Shown here one piece after another: positions 34,742-47,171 of a stretch of DNA of 64,000 nucleotides (its first letter is position 1; each line of letters starts with the position of its first letter). The stretch covers positions 121,088,001 through 121,152,000 of the forward strand of contig CM059432.1 of the NCBI GenBank assembly GCA_030390025.1, in the 5' to 3' direction. This DNA is from Squalus acanthias. Its lineage: Eukaryota. The notes under the pieces were generated by a model. It was not told where the DNA came from, did not search any database, and saw only the letters and a program-made list of their open reading frames with translations. A program made the position numbers and the translations under genes.

Positions 34742-35099
34742 AGTGTAGTCATTGATTCACCGTGACCAACACCATGGGGGATCTGCTAGTTATATATCAA
34801 CATTTTGTGTCAAGTGCACAGACATAGCACTCTGGGGATGGGGGGAGGGAATTCTCCTCTAAGGTACCACACATTTTGAGGCAGATTAGGGGTGGTTAAA
34901 AAGAGCGAAATAGGTTCGTTAAGGCTGCTACCTCCAATTGGCTCGACAAGAAGTGAACTTACACTCTCCTCCCAAAAACCACCTGTCCCCTTAAAGACCC
35001 ACCACAAGTGCTTACCACCTCATGTAAGGGGTCAAGGAGATATAGCTGGCCTCTTTGGCCCATAGCCACCCTGATAGTTGGACTTGAGTAATGAGGGCT

Positions 35100-35700
35100 A
35101 GAATGGTGGATTTTCGCATGAGTTATGCAACTCTCTGGCTTTCTGGATTTGAAGTGTAGGATCGGGTGAATAGCATTTCACACGAGCTGCACATTGATGG
35201 AATGGAAGCCTGTTCTGTTCACAGGGTCTATGACTGGCATATAACTTCTGTCAATTTCTCTCTGCACCTTTGGGAAACCAGCCAGCCTATAGGCTTAGAT
35301 TGCTCTCTCTCTCCCTTTGTTTCTTTAGTTCCATTAAGAAGGAAAATTGCGCATCCCTCCTGAAGAGAGCATCAGTGACCTTCTTAATAAAGTGCTGAGC
35401 TGCTTGCCTAATGTGGCATAGGTCGCCTGATGCTGCCTGGAAGGATCCAGATGCAAAGAAGTTTATGTCATTGGTAACCTTAACTGATACAGACAACACT
35501 GTTCTCCTGGTGGAAATGGGCTGCAAGATTTCGGGCAGCAGTTGATATAGTTGTCCAATAGTCTCTGGGGAGAATTTCTAAGTCACAGATATTCAGGCAA
35601 GTCTCCGTAAGACCTTCTTGGTCTGTACATCGCAGTGATTGACTTACCATGTATTGGGAAGAGGCGTCTTCTATAATGCTGGACTCCAAGGGCTAGAAAT
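35100..35700 (-). pseudogene. Harbinger transposase N-terminal fragment
   Basis: SVSVKVTNDINFFASGSFQAASGDLCHI...IKKVTDALFRR. Confidence 0.75.
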
Positions 35701-35989
35701 TCATCTGTTGAGCACCACTCCGTAGCGCCATGAAATGGCAATAAAATGGCAGCCGCCGCTCTTTCGCCAGCTGGTGGTGGGTCCTGTGGCAGCTGCCATA
35801 TTCCCCTTCCCCTTTGCGCTGCCGATAACTGGCAATGCCCTGAAAGAAAAAATGGTGGCGTGGTGACGTTAATCGGCATGCAACATCCGTGGAGAGAAAA
35901 ACAGAGTTCACATCTCCCGTCGACATGCTGCCTGACCAGCTGAGTATTTCCAGCATTTTATGCTTTCATTTCACATTTACAGCATCCGC

Positions 35990-36790
35990 TTACAGAGGAA
36001 AGAGGAAGACGCAGAAGAGGAAGACACAGAAGAGGAGGAAGCTGAAGAGGAGGAATCAGATGGAAGGATGCATCCCAGACAGCCCCTTTGTGGCCGGGAT
36101 ATCCAGAATGGAATCATCTGCCTGTGGTCCCACTGGCTGGGCAGGCTGCCTCTTCTTGTTGACCCACTGGTTGAGGAGGCTGCATTTCTTGGGTGTGTGA
36201 AATGAGGAAGGCACAAGGGTGGATTTGTGCTGATGGGAAAGCGGGAAAGCAAGAGGTGCATGCCAGAAGGAGGATAACGTACAAGGATACCCGCATCTTG
36301 TATCCTTTCAGCCCCTGCCAAGAATGGCCAGCACCATCTCCTCCAAGGGGATGAGGTGAGGCTAGGAGTGGAAGATGTGCCTCGTCATTGGTGCAGATTG
36401 TTGGTAGGTGAGTGATTGATGGTCGTGCATTGAGCAGTGTGTGAGGCTAGTGGTGAAGTTGGTAGGAGATGGCTTTTGAAGATGCATTCACTGACCTTGA
36501 CCAGTGGTCTGAGGTCATGAAGCTTCTTTGGGCACTGGAGCCAGAGGTGGGGGCAACACTGCCGGGAGTGATGGCCTTAGTGATGTACTCCCACATTGTT
36601 CTTTCTGGAGGGCCTCCTGGCCCCTGTGGGTAGAGGGCCACTCTTGCAGTGTTGACCCCCTGCACAAAGCAGGAGTGCTGCGTGTGAGACCCTCGGTGCC
36701 CCTTCCCTGGCTTGCTGAGCTGAGTGTTAGTGCTGAGGCAGTTTTCCCATTTGTTGAGGTTAGGAAGGTAATTCAGCTTTAACAGCTGAA
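35990..36790. mobile_element. Internally deleted Harbinger remnant: acidic transposase tail (+, 35990-36130) convergent with Myb exon 1 (-, ~36490-36720)
   Basis: EEDAEEEDTEEEEAEEEE...RQPL resembles 50350-50450. The minus strand gives LYPQG..PP...WEYI..AIT..S.AP, then KKLHDL...VK followed by GTCAGT. Confidence 0.6.
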
Positions 36791-37572
36791 TAATCACATT
36801 TGGAACTTCTTTTAAATATTGAATATTTCTTAAAAGGCAGAAACATCTATTGATTCACTGCATTTTATTTTGTATTGCTTCAGTGTGCATGGCCCCTTTA
36901 ATTCTCAGACCTCTTCATTGCCCACAATTCCTTGCGAGCTCCACAGCTTCACTCACAGAGGCTGTGGGAAGCTGCAACACCCGACCTGGACAGAAACTTC
37001 ATCCCGGATCCCTCCAGCACGCCACCACGACGGTGTTGCACGGAAGGTGAGCACTGCACCACCTATCTCCATACCCCCCAGACCAATTTCCCTCGGATGG
37101 TGTTGCGGCCTTTTCCAGCGGTCATTAACTGCTGGCAAACACAATTTTTTCCCCAGTGTTTCTTTTCTTGTATTTCTTAGCAATGCAAGAGCTGTACTTG
37201 TCTGATCTATATCTCTTGGGAGTTTCAAACTGACTGAATCAGGCTCAAATTATTACAGCTTCTTAAATATCCCAAAAGCAGTTACTGGGATTTGCTGCTT
37301 TTCAATTACTGTCAACCACATTTGAAAATAACTTGCTGTCATACACAAAAGATATGATGTTAGATAAGCAATTTAAAGAAATAATCCCAAATTCTCAATG
37401 AATATACATTTCCTTGAGTAATATAAACTCCAGGGGAAAAGTGGTAGAACCATGGCTAACTAGAGAAGTTAAGGATAGTATTAGATTAAACGAATAGGCT
37501 TACAATGTTGCCAAAAAGAGTAGTAAGCCTAAGGATTGGGAGGGTTTTACAAATCAGCAAAAGATGACCAAG

Positions 37573-37714
37573 AACAGCACTGTGGGAGTACCTTTCCCAC
37601 ACGGACTGCAGCGGTTCAAGAAGGCAGCTCACCACCATCTTCTCAAGGGCAACTAGGGATGGGCAATAAATGCTGGCCTTGCCAGAGATACCCACATCCC
37701 ATGAACGAATAAAA
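37573..37714 (+). mobile_element. Short LINE 3'-end copy inserted in CR1
   Basis: Near-identical to 33328-33465. Confidence 0.8.
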
Positions 37715-38295
37715 AAGAAATTGATAAAGAGGGAGAAAATGAAATACGAGAGTAAACTAGCAAGAAATATAAAAACAGACTATAAGAGCTTCTACAAGCA
37801 TGTAAAAAGGAAGAGATTAGTAAAAGTAAACATTGGACTTTTAGAGGCTGAGACAGGAGAAATTATAATGTGGAATAAGGAAATGGCAGAGACTTTAAAC
37901 AAATATTTTGTATCTGTCTTCACACAAGAAGACACAAAAAACATACTAGAAATAGTGGAGAACCAAGGGTCTAATCAGAGTGAGGAACTTAAAATAATTA
38001 ATATTAGTAAAGAAAAAGTACTGGAGAAATTAATGGGACTAAAAGCCATCAAATCCCCTGGACCTGATGGCCTACATCCTTGGGTTCTAAAAGAGGTGGC
38101 TGTAGAGATAGTGGTTGCATTGGTCGTGATCTTCCAGAATTCCCTGTGGATTGGAAGGTAGCAAATGTAACCCTGCTATTCAAGAAAGGAGGGAAAGAGA
38201 AAACAGGGAACTATAGGCCAGTTAGCCTGACATCAGTAGTAGGGAAAATGCTAGAATCTATTAGTAGGAACGTGGTAACAGGGCACTTAGAAAAT

Positions 38296-39934
38296 CAACA
38301 ACAACAACTTATATAACGCCTTTAACATAGTAAAACGTTCCCAAGGTACTTTACAGGAGCGTTATGAAACAAAATTTGACACCAAGCCACATAATGCGAT
38401 ATTAGGGAGCCAATGTAAGTCAGCGAACACTGGGGTGATGGGTGAACGGGACTTGGTGCGAGTTAGAACACGGACAGCAGAGTTTTGGATGACCTCAAGT
38501 TTATGGAGGGTGGTAGATAGGAGGCCAGCCAGGAGTGCATTGGAATAGTCAAGTCTAGAGGTAACAAAGGCATGGGTGAGGGTTTCAGCAGCAGATGAGC
38601 TGAGGCAAGGACAGAATTGGGTGATGTTACGGACAATGATCCCTCTTTTATTTTAGTGCACGGGCCCTTTAACTGGCTGTGTGGTCCACTTAAATGTTTG
38701 CGCTTGCGCGATTTTTCTCATATAAAAGCCAGTGCACGGCCTGCACGGGACCTCCAGAGCGCTCCACGGCCCCGCCGCAGTGCAGCTTAATGAGAACATT
38801 GGTTACGGAGGTGGAAATAGGCAGTCTTTTTGATGGCGCGGATATGTGGTTGGAAGCTGATCTCGGGGTCAAATATGACTATGGTTGCAATCAGTTTGGT
38901 TCAGCCTCAGATAGTTGCCAGGGAGATGGATGGAGCCGATGGCTAGGGAACGAAGTTGGTGGAGGGGACTGAAGACAATGACTTCGGTCTTCCCAATATT
39001 TAGTTGGAGGAAATGTCTGCTCATCCAGTACTGGATGTTGGACAAGCAGTGTGACAATTTAGAGACAGTGGAGGGGTCGAGATAGGTGGTGGTGAGGTAG
39101 AGCTGGGTGTCGTCAGCGTACATGTGGAAACTGATGTTGTGGTTTCAGATGATGTCGCCAAGGGGCAGCTTGTATATGAGAAATAGGAGGGGGCCAAGGA
39201 TAGATCTTTGGGGGACTCTAGAGGTAACGGTGTGTGAGTGAGAAGAGAAACCGTTGCAGTTGATTCTCTGGCTACCACTGGATAGATAAGAATGGAACCA
39301 GGCGAGGGCATTCCCACCCAGCTGGACGATGGTGGCGAGGCATTGGAGGAGGATCAACTGAGGTGGTCAACTGTGTCAAAGGCTGCAAACAGGTCGAGAA
39401 GGACAAGGAAGGATAATTTACCATGGTCACAGTCACATAGGATGTCATTTGTAATTTTGATAAGAGCCGTTTTCGTACTATGACAGGGCCGGAAACCTGA
39501 TTGGAGGGTTTCAAACATGGAGTTCCGGGAAAGATGGGCACGGATTTGGGAGGTGACAGCACGTTCAAGGACTTTGGAGAGGAATGGGAGATTGGAGATG
39601 GGGTGGTAGTTTGCAAGGACATAGGGGTGAAGGCTTGCTTTTTTGAGGAGAGGGGTGATGACGGCAGATTTGAAGGGGAGGGGGTCAGTTCCTGAGGAGA
39701 GAGAACCGTTAACAGTGTCAGCTAACATGGGAGCCAGGAATTGAAGTTGGGTGATCAGCAGTTTAGTGAGAATTGGGTCGAGGATGCAGGAGGTGGGTTT
39801 CATAGACAAGATGAGCTCAGAGTGGGCATGAGGAGAGATGGAAGAGAAACTGGAGAAAGATGCGAGACCAGGGCTAGGGCAGGGGGAAACCATAGAGGAA
39901 GTTTAGACCGGTGGATAGGGGAAGAGAGGGAAGC
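38296..39934 (-). mobile_element. L2 LINE fragment nested in CR1
   Basis: ORFs 39354-39893, 39145-39357 and 38869-39123 (YADDTQLY) are homologous to 8500-9650. A (CAA)n tail lies at 38296. Confidence 0.9.
38634..38801. mobile_element. hAT-type MITE nested in L2
   Basis: Termini CAATGATCCC / GAGAACATTG with a perfect 8-bp TSD GTTACGGA (38626-38633, 38802-38809). Confidence 0.85.
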
Positions 39935-40484
39935 TTAGGCAGAGTCAACACGGATTTATGAAAGGGAAATCGTGTTTGACAAATCTATTAGAGGTTTTTG
40001 AGGGTGTAACTAGCAGGGGAGATAAGGGGGAATCAGTGGATGTGATATATTTGGATTTTCAAAAGGCATTCAACAAAGTGTCACACAAGAGATTGTTACA
40101 CAAGATTAGGGCTCATGGAATTGGGGTAATATATTAGCATGGATTGAAGACTGGCTAACGGACAAATAACAGAGAGTAGGAATAAACGGGTCATTTTCGA
40201 GATGAGCCACCAGGATCAATGCTTGGGCCTCAGCTATTTACAATCTATATCAATAACTTAGCTAAAGGGACCGAGTGTAATGTATCCAAGTTTGCTGATG
40301 ATACAAAGCTAGGTGGGAAGGTAAAAACAGAAAATGCTGGAAATACTCAGCATGTCCAGCAGCATCTGTGGAAAGATAAACATAGTTAAAAGGCTGGATT
40401 TTAATGTGCAAATGTGTTGGGAGTGGGGGTGGTGGTGGGGGCACGTGCGATAGTGCATGGGAAACCTGAAAGTAAGTGCAGGGC

Positions 40485-41409
40485 ATGATCCCACCACCAA
40501 ATGCATCTTCCCCTCCAACCCCCCTTTCAGCATTCCGAAGGGACACCCTGATCCACTCCTCTATCACCCCCAACACCCCTTCCCCTTTGCCCGGCACCTT
40601 CCCATACAAGCATAGGAGATGCAACACCTGCCCTTTTACCTCCTCCCTTCCCACCGTCCAGGGCCCCAACACTCCTTCCAGGTGAAACAGCGATTTACTT
40701 GTACTTCTTACAATTTAGTATACTGTATTCACTGTTCACGAGGTGGTCTCCTCTACATTGGGGAGACCAAATGCAGATTGGGTGACCGCTTTGCGGAACA
40801 CCTCCGTTCAGTCCGCAAGCATGACCCCGAACTTCCGGTCGCTTGTCACTTTAATTCTCCGCCCCACTCCCACTCTGATCTCTCAATCCTCGGCCTCTTA
40901 CACTGTTCCAACGAAGCTCAACGAAAGCTCGAGGAACAGCACCTCATCTTTCTATTAGGCACTTTACAGCCTTCTGGACTTAACATCCAGTTCAACAATT
41001 TCAGACTATAAATTGGCCCCTGTATTTCTTTATTTTTTTTTTCTCTTGTTTCCTCACATGGTAGCTGTTAATGTTGCTGCCATCATCATTCACACCTCAT
41101 CTAGAGCCATCTTTTGATCTTAACTTGTCCCATTATCTCTCCTTTTGCCTTGCACTATCATCCTTTTTGTCATTCAATCTCTCCTGCCTTCCATCCTATC
41201 ACAGACCTTCCCTTTGCTCTTCCCTCCCCTCCTCCCTGCCCCTGCTTAAAAGTCTCTCTTCCCTAATCTTTTCCAGTTCTGACGAAGGGTTAGACCCGAA
41301 ACGTTAACTCTGTTTCTCTCTCCTCGATGCTGCCTGACCTGCTGAGTGTTTCCAGCAATTTCTGTTGTTATTTCAGATTTCCAGCATCTGCAGTATTTTT
41401 CTATTGTTG
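40485..41409 (+). mobile_element. 5'-truncated Penelope element nested in Harbinger
   Basis: GIY-YIG sequence NLVYCIHCSRGGLLYIGET...RFAEH and a hammerhead motif at ~41279. Perfect 14-bp TSD AGTAAGTGCAGGGC (40471-40484, 41410-41423). Confidence 0.9.
41274..41322 (+). ncRNA. Minimal hammerhead ribozyme motif
   Basis: CTGACGA-A-GGGT tag ACCC-GAAAC GTTAACTCT GTTTC. Confidence 0.7.
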
Positions 41410-42394
41410 AGTAAGTGCAGGGCGTCTGTCAGTGGCTTTTTAACTCAGCCACCACATTATCACTTCCGGGTTTCCCATTCAATTAGCGTCAGCAAGTGTG
41501 ATGACAACGCACATGATGTGATTTCAACTCCAGTGTTTAAAGTGACACTCCAAACATGCAAGTTGAAGGAGTTTGGAGTTGACATGGAGAGCTACAGACC
41601 TCTTGCAATGGAGTTGAGACAGGCCAAAGCTTCAGCAACACCTCCCTGGATGTGCCTCCTCGTCTTCCTCCTCCTCCTCCTCCTGCTACTCCTCCTCCTC
41701 GGAATCGTCCAAAGAGGCTCTGTGCTCTGCACCTTGTTCCTCCCGCAGCTCCAAACACGTTGCTGCGCAAGTTGTTCAGAGCGCAGCACACCACGACCAT
41801 TCTAGAGACCTGGGCTGGTGTCTACCGAAGGGCTCCTCCAGATCTGCCGAGGCACCTGAACCCCATCTTCAGCATGCCCATGGTGAGTTCGATGACACAT
41901 CTGGTGATCATATGGCATACTTTGTATCGCTCCTGGGCCTCATTACTCGCATTTGTGAGATGTGTCATCAGCTCTCAATTTTCAGTGGGTATCCCTTGTC
42001 TTCGAGCAGACAGCCAGCAACACTGCTTCGAGGTGCAAAGAGATCAGGGAGGATCCTTTGCCTGTAGACCCTGTGTGCCGGGCATGGCCTCCTGTGAGAT
42101 GCATCTCTCTGCTCATCCCCTCTCTCCTATGTAGCTGCAGGTCTGTGAGCAATAGATTACTGCTGGTGCTGTTGCTGCTGTTCCTGTTGTTGGTACTTCT
42201 GCTGGTCATTTTGGTCCTCATCTGAGATCCAATCTAACACAGCAAAGCTCTGATAGATCAAAGCTCCAAATTGCAGATCAGACCTCCAAACCTCCAAAGT
42301 GTAGATGACACCTCCAAAGTGTGTAAAGTAACCTCTCAGCATGAATACTGTGGAAAAAACCTTTCACACAAGCAGATAAGAAAGCAGCTGTGAG

Positions 42395-42533
42395 CAATAT
42401 TCCCTCTTATTTTTTTTTGGGGAGCGCCCCATTCACAATTTCGCACCGCGAAACTTTGCATTGAAAAATCCGGTCCCGGGCTGCATGGGACCGGTAGAGA
42501 GGTGCGCGGCCGTGCACTTTATAGGGAACGTTG
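42395..42533. mobile_element. hAT-type MITE related to 38634-38801
   Basis: Termini CAATATTCCCT / AGGGAACGTTG with an 8-bp TSD GCTGTGAG / GATGTGAG. Confidence 0.75.
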
Positions 42534-45500
42534 GATGTGAGTACAGTATTGAGTACTTATTGACATTTTTCCCTGTCACGGTTTCAACCCCCTCAATTGC
42601 CACTGTGTACTCGCCTTGCTTTCACTAGCGAGATCCAGGAAGCCTGGGAAACCCGTGGACACAAAGTTAACGTGCAAAACCCATGTTAATATCGCTCTAA
42701 TTGAGTGATTAACATGTGTCAATTGACAACCAGCCTCTCCCGAGGGGGTTGCACACACGCAGCCTGAAGCAGTGGCGTGAAATGTGGAAGTCTGCGGGTT
42801 GGAGCCGGCTTCCCGATGCATTCGCATTTTAGCCTGCTTTAACACCCCACCCACACCCAAACATACATTCAAATTCCCCCCAACATTTTAGGTCGATGAC
42901 CTTTCGTCAGAAATGGAAAAAGTTAGAGATGTAACGGGTTTTAAGCAAGTACAGAGGCAGGGAAAGGGGGGAGGGGAGGAATGAAGAAAAGGGAAGATCT
43001 GTGATAGGGTGGAAGGGAGGAGAGATTAACTGACAAAAGGGATGATGTTGCAAGGCAAAAGGGGGTTGCAATGGGACAATAAAAGAAACAAAAGATGTGT
43101 CTAGAGGAGCTGAAAATGACAAAGGCAGAATCATTACCAGCAAGTGTTGTCTGAAAAAATGGCAGCAGGGGTTATAGTCTGAAATTGTTGAACTCAATGT
43201 TGAGTCTGGAAGGCTGTAAAGTGCCTAATCGAAAGATGAGGTGCTGTTCATTGAGCTTATGTTAAGCTTCATTGCAACAGTGTAGGAGGCTGAGGACAGA
43301 GAGGTCAGAGTGGGAGTGGAGTGGAGAATTAAAGTGACAGGAAACCGGAAGCTCGGGGTCATGCTGCGGACTGAACAGAGGTGTTCAGCAAAGCGATCAC
43401 CCAATCTGCATTTGGTCTCCCCAATGTAGAGGAGACCGCATCATGAGCAGCGAATACAGTAAACTAAATTGCAAGAAGTACAAGTAAATCGTTGTTTCAT
43501 CTGGAAGAAGTGTTTGGGGCCCTGGACAGTGTGAAGGGTGGAGGTAAAAGGGCAGGTGTTGCATCTCCTGTACTTGCATGGGAAGGTGGCGTGGGATGGG
43601 GAGTGGGTGTTGGGGCTGATTGAGGAGTGGACCAGGGTATTGCGGAGGGAACAGTCCCTTCGGAATGCTGAAAGGGGAGGGGAAGATGTGTTTGGTGGTG
43701 GCATCATGCTGGAGGTGGCGGAAATGACGGAGGATGATCCGTTGAATGTGAGGCTGGTGGGGTGGAAGGGGAACCTTATCGTGATTCTGGGTGAGAGGGG
43801 AAGGGGTGAGAGCAAAAGTGCAGGAAATGGGATGGACACGTTCGAGGGTCCTGTTCACCACGGTAGAGGGGAATCCTCGGTTGAGGAAAAAGACATATCG
43901 GAAGCACTGGTATGGAAGGTGGCAGCATCAGAACAGATGCAACGGAGATGGAGAAACTGGGAGAATGAAATAGAGTCCTTACAGGAAGCAAGGTGGGAGG
44001 AAGTGTAATCCAGGTAGCTGTGGGAGTCAGTGGGCTTATAGTAGATTTTGTTCAATAGCCTATCCCCAGAAATGGAGATAGAGAAGTCAAGGAAGGGAAA
44101 GGAAGAGTCAGAGATGGACCATGTGAATGTAAGGGAGGGGTGGAAATTGGAAGCAAAGTTGATGAAATTTTCCAGTTCGAGGCGAAAGCAGGAAGTGGCA
44201 CCGATACAGTCATCAATGTACTGGAAAAAGAGGTGAGGGAGGGAACCTGAATAGGACTGGAACAAAGAATGTTCTACATATCCCACAAAAAGGAAGGCAT
44301 TGCTAGGGCCCATATGAGTTCCCATAGCAATGCCTTTTATTTGGAGCAAGTGAGTGGAGACAATATGAGTACAAGTTCAGCCAGGTGGAGGAAGGTGGTG
44401 GTGGATGGGGACTGGTTGGGCCTCCGTTCAAGGAAGAAGTGGAGGGCCCTTAGGCCCTCCTGGTAGGGGATGGAGGTGTAGAGGGACTGGATGTCCATGG
44501 TGAAAGGGCGACGGTTCAGGCCAGGAAACTGGAAACAATTAAAGTGGCAGAGGGCGCCGGAAGAGATGTGGATGTAGGTGGGAAGAGACTGGAGAAGGGG
44601 AGAAATAATAGAGTCGAGATAGGAAGAAATAAGTTCCATGGGGCAAGAACAGGCTAAAACGATGGGTCTACCAGGGCAGTCCAGTTTGTGGATCTTGGGA
44701 AGGAGGCAGAAGCAGGCTGTGCGGGGTTGGGGGACTGTAAGGTTGGAGGGTGTGGAGGGAAGATCTCTAGAGGTGGGAAAGTAAGCTGTGAGGAGGATGC
44801 AAAGAGGCTGAAAAGGGTTATAGACAGGTTAAATGAGTGGGCAAGAAGGTGGCAGATGAAGTACAATGTGGGGAAATGTGAAATTATCCACTTTGGTAGG
44901 AAAAATAGAAAAGCAGAATATTTTTTAAAAGGTGAGAGACCAGTAAATGTTGGTATGCAGAGGGATTTGGGTGTCTTTGTACACATATCACAGAAAGTTA
45001 ACATGCAGGTACAGCAAGCAATTAGGAAGGCAAATGCTATGTTAACCTTTATGGAAAGGGGGTTGCAGTATAAGAGTAAGGAAGTCTTGCTGTAATTATA
45101 GAGGGCTTTGGTGAGACCACACCTGGGGTACTGTACACAGTTTTGGTCTCCTTAGATAAGGAAGGATATACTTGTCTTAGAGGAATACAACAAAGGTTCC
45201 TAGATTAATTCCTGGGATGGGAGGGTTGTCCTATGAGGAGAGATTGAGTAGATTGAGCCTATGTTCTCTGGAGTTTAGAAGAATGAGCGGTGATCTCATT
45301 GAAATGGATACAATTCTTAGAGGGTTTGACAGGGTAGATGCTGAGAAGCTGTTTCCCCTGGCTGGAGAGTCTAGAACGAGGGGGCATAGTCTCAGGATAA
45401 GGGGTCAGCCATTTAAGGCTGAGATGAGGAGGAATTTCTTCACTCAGAGGGTGGTGAATCTTTGGAATTCTCTACTTCAGAGAGCTGTGGATGTTCAGTC

Positions 45501-47171
45501 ATTGAGTATATTAAAGACGGAGATTGATAGATTTTTGGACCTTAAGGGAATCAAAGGATATGGGGATAGAGCGGGAAAGTGGAGTTGAGGTAGAAGTTCA
45601 GCCATGATCTTATTGACTGGCGGAGCAGGTGTATTTCTTATGTTCTTATAACAGTCTGTATTTATTTGAATGCAGCGTGGCTCCTCCCTCAAGCTGTGCA
45701 GTCCACTCAAGAAACTTACAACATTTGTATAAGTTAAGCTTGGGACAAGATTCTGACTGTAACTAGTTTTTTCAAAACTCCTATCACAAGTGACTGAATT
45801 AAAGAAACCTCTATAAAGCTAACACAAGAAAGAACTGCTTAATTTTTGTCACATTGCACGTGTGTGTGACATTCATTTGATTGTAATTGTGTTTGAAGGA
45901 ATACTTTAACGGAGCCCTGCAATAAGGAGTATAATGCGCGTCACCCCTGGACCTGCCATCTCCTTCAGTGAGAAGTGGAGTAAGATTAGCCTGCATTTCA
46001 AATTTTACTTTTGAATCTGTGATTATGGTCATTGAAATCAAGGTCACACAGCCTCAGTCCTCAGCTCTCCTAAATCACGGCATGATATATTTGAATGTTG
46101 CAGTGCTCTAAACTTAAGCGGAGACAGGAGACTGACAAATAGTGATTCAGCCACACAGAAAGGGATTACGTGAGCCTTCCCATGACTGTTCCTTTAAATG
46201 AAACAAAATTATTGGATGGGTCTGATACTCATTAGCCTAGACTTGTGATTAACTTGACAGCCACCCATTAGACAATGTAAAATTTAGTACAGACAGTTTT
46301 GCGGTTAGCTGAGTAAAGTATTAGAAAGAGTTGCTGGTAGTTGCTATGTTTCTGAGGCTACGCTGCAGCAAATCTATTTTAAGCTTTTCAGTATTGACCT
46401 GGTACTTCCTTTGAAGACCTTTTAAACAGAATGCTACAATATAATGAAAACTGATGCATAAACAGTCGGATAGGCAAGGCAGAGCAGCAAGCTGGCTAAT
46501 TAATACCATTTCTCCACAGAGTCACAGAGAAATCCTTCTTTTGTTTGAGTGAGCAATCAAACATGCAGCCTAAGGCAAGTTGAAGAGGTGACTTATATAA
46601 ATTAGTCTTCACGACAACTCAATATTATATTTGTTTCAACAATATCTAAATTCTTGCAAAATTTTATCCGTGCACAATTCCACTGGCTGGTCCTCCTGTA
46701 CATAATCTGTCGAGGCTACATAACTTTCACATTGCCCAGACATTACATTCTGGTCATGTGTATTGAAATGAAGAGAAAGCGTGTTGCTGCATTTGGTGAT
46801 TATAGGACCTCATGTGAACTATAGAAACAATAGGGATATTAAGTAGGGGTACATTGACAGAGATTTACTGTCAACACTGTTAAAATAGATTTATTTATTG
46901 GTACGGTCTATGCAGTACCAGTCAGTGGTGTGGGGGGGTGGGGGCAGGGTGGGGGGTTGGGGGGCTGGGTGGCGGGTAATGGAGAGAAAGAACCCAGTAA
47001 AAGAAGAAAGAAAGGCTTGCATTTTTATAATGCCTTTCATGACCTCAGGACATCCTAAAGCACTTTACAACCAATGAAGAGCTTTTGAAGTGTAGTCACT
47101 GTTGCACAAAACGCGGCAGCCAATTTGCGCACAAGTACCCACAAACAGCAATGTGATAATGACCAGATAAT

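Larger units (their letters stand above)
40391..42881. mobile_element. Non-autonomous Harbinger element inserted at TTAA in a Penelope pseudo-LTR
   Basis: Termini AGGCTGGATTTT / AAATTCCCCCC. Removing it restores GTTAACATTTTAGGTCGATGACC. It contains a deleted transposase on the minus strand (~41655-42230). Confidence 0.8.
40325..44770 (-). mobile_element. Penelope-like element (RT plus GIY-YIG plus pseudo-LTR), split by the Harbinger insertion
   Basis: RT motifs FTMDIQSLYTSIP, QIKGIAMGTHMGP, YIDD, FLD, YYKPTD and endonuclease NLVYCIRCS. TSD AGGTGGGAA(G/A)GTAA at 40311-40324 and 44771-44784. Confidence 0.9.
37431..45650 (+). mobile_element. CR1 LINE ORF2 in pieces (37431-37572, ~37713-38295, ~39935-40324, 44771-45650) hosting nested insertions
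   Basis: [88 protein letters not shown]. Confidence 0.9.
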
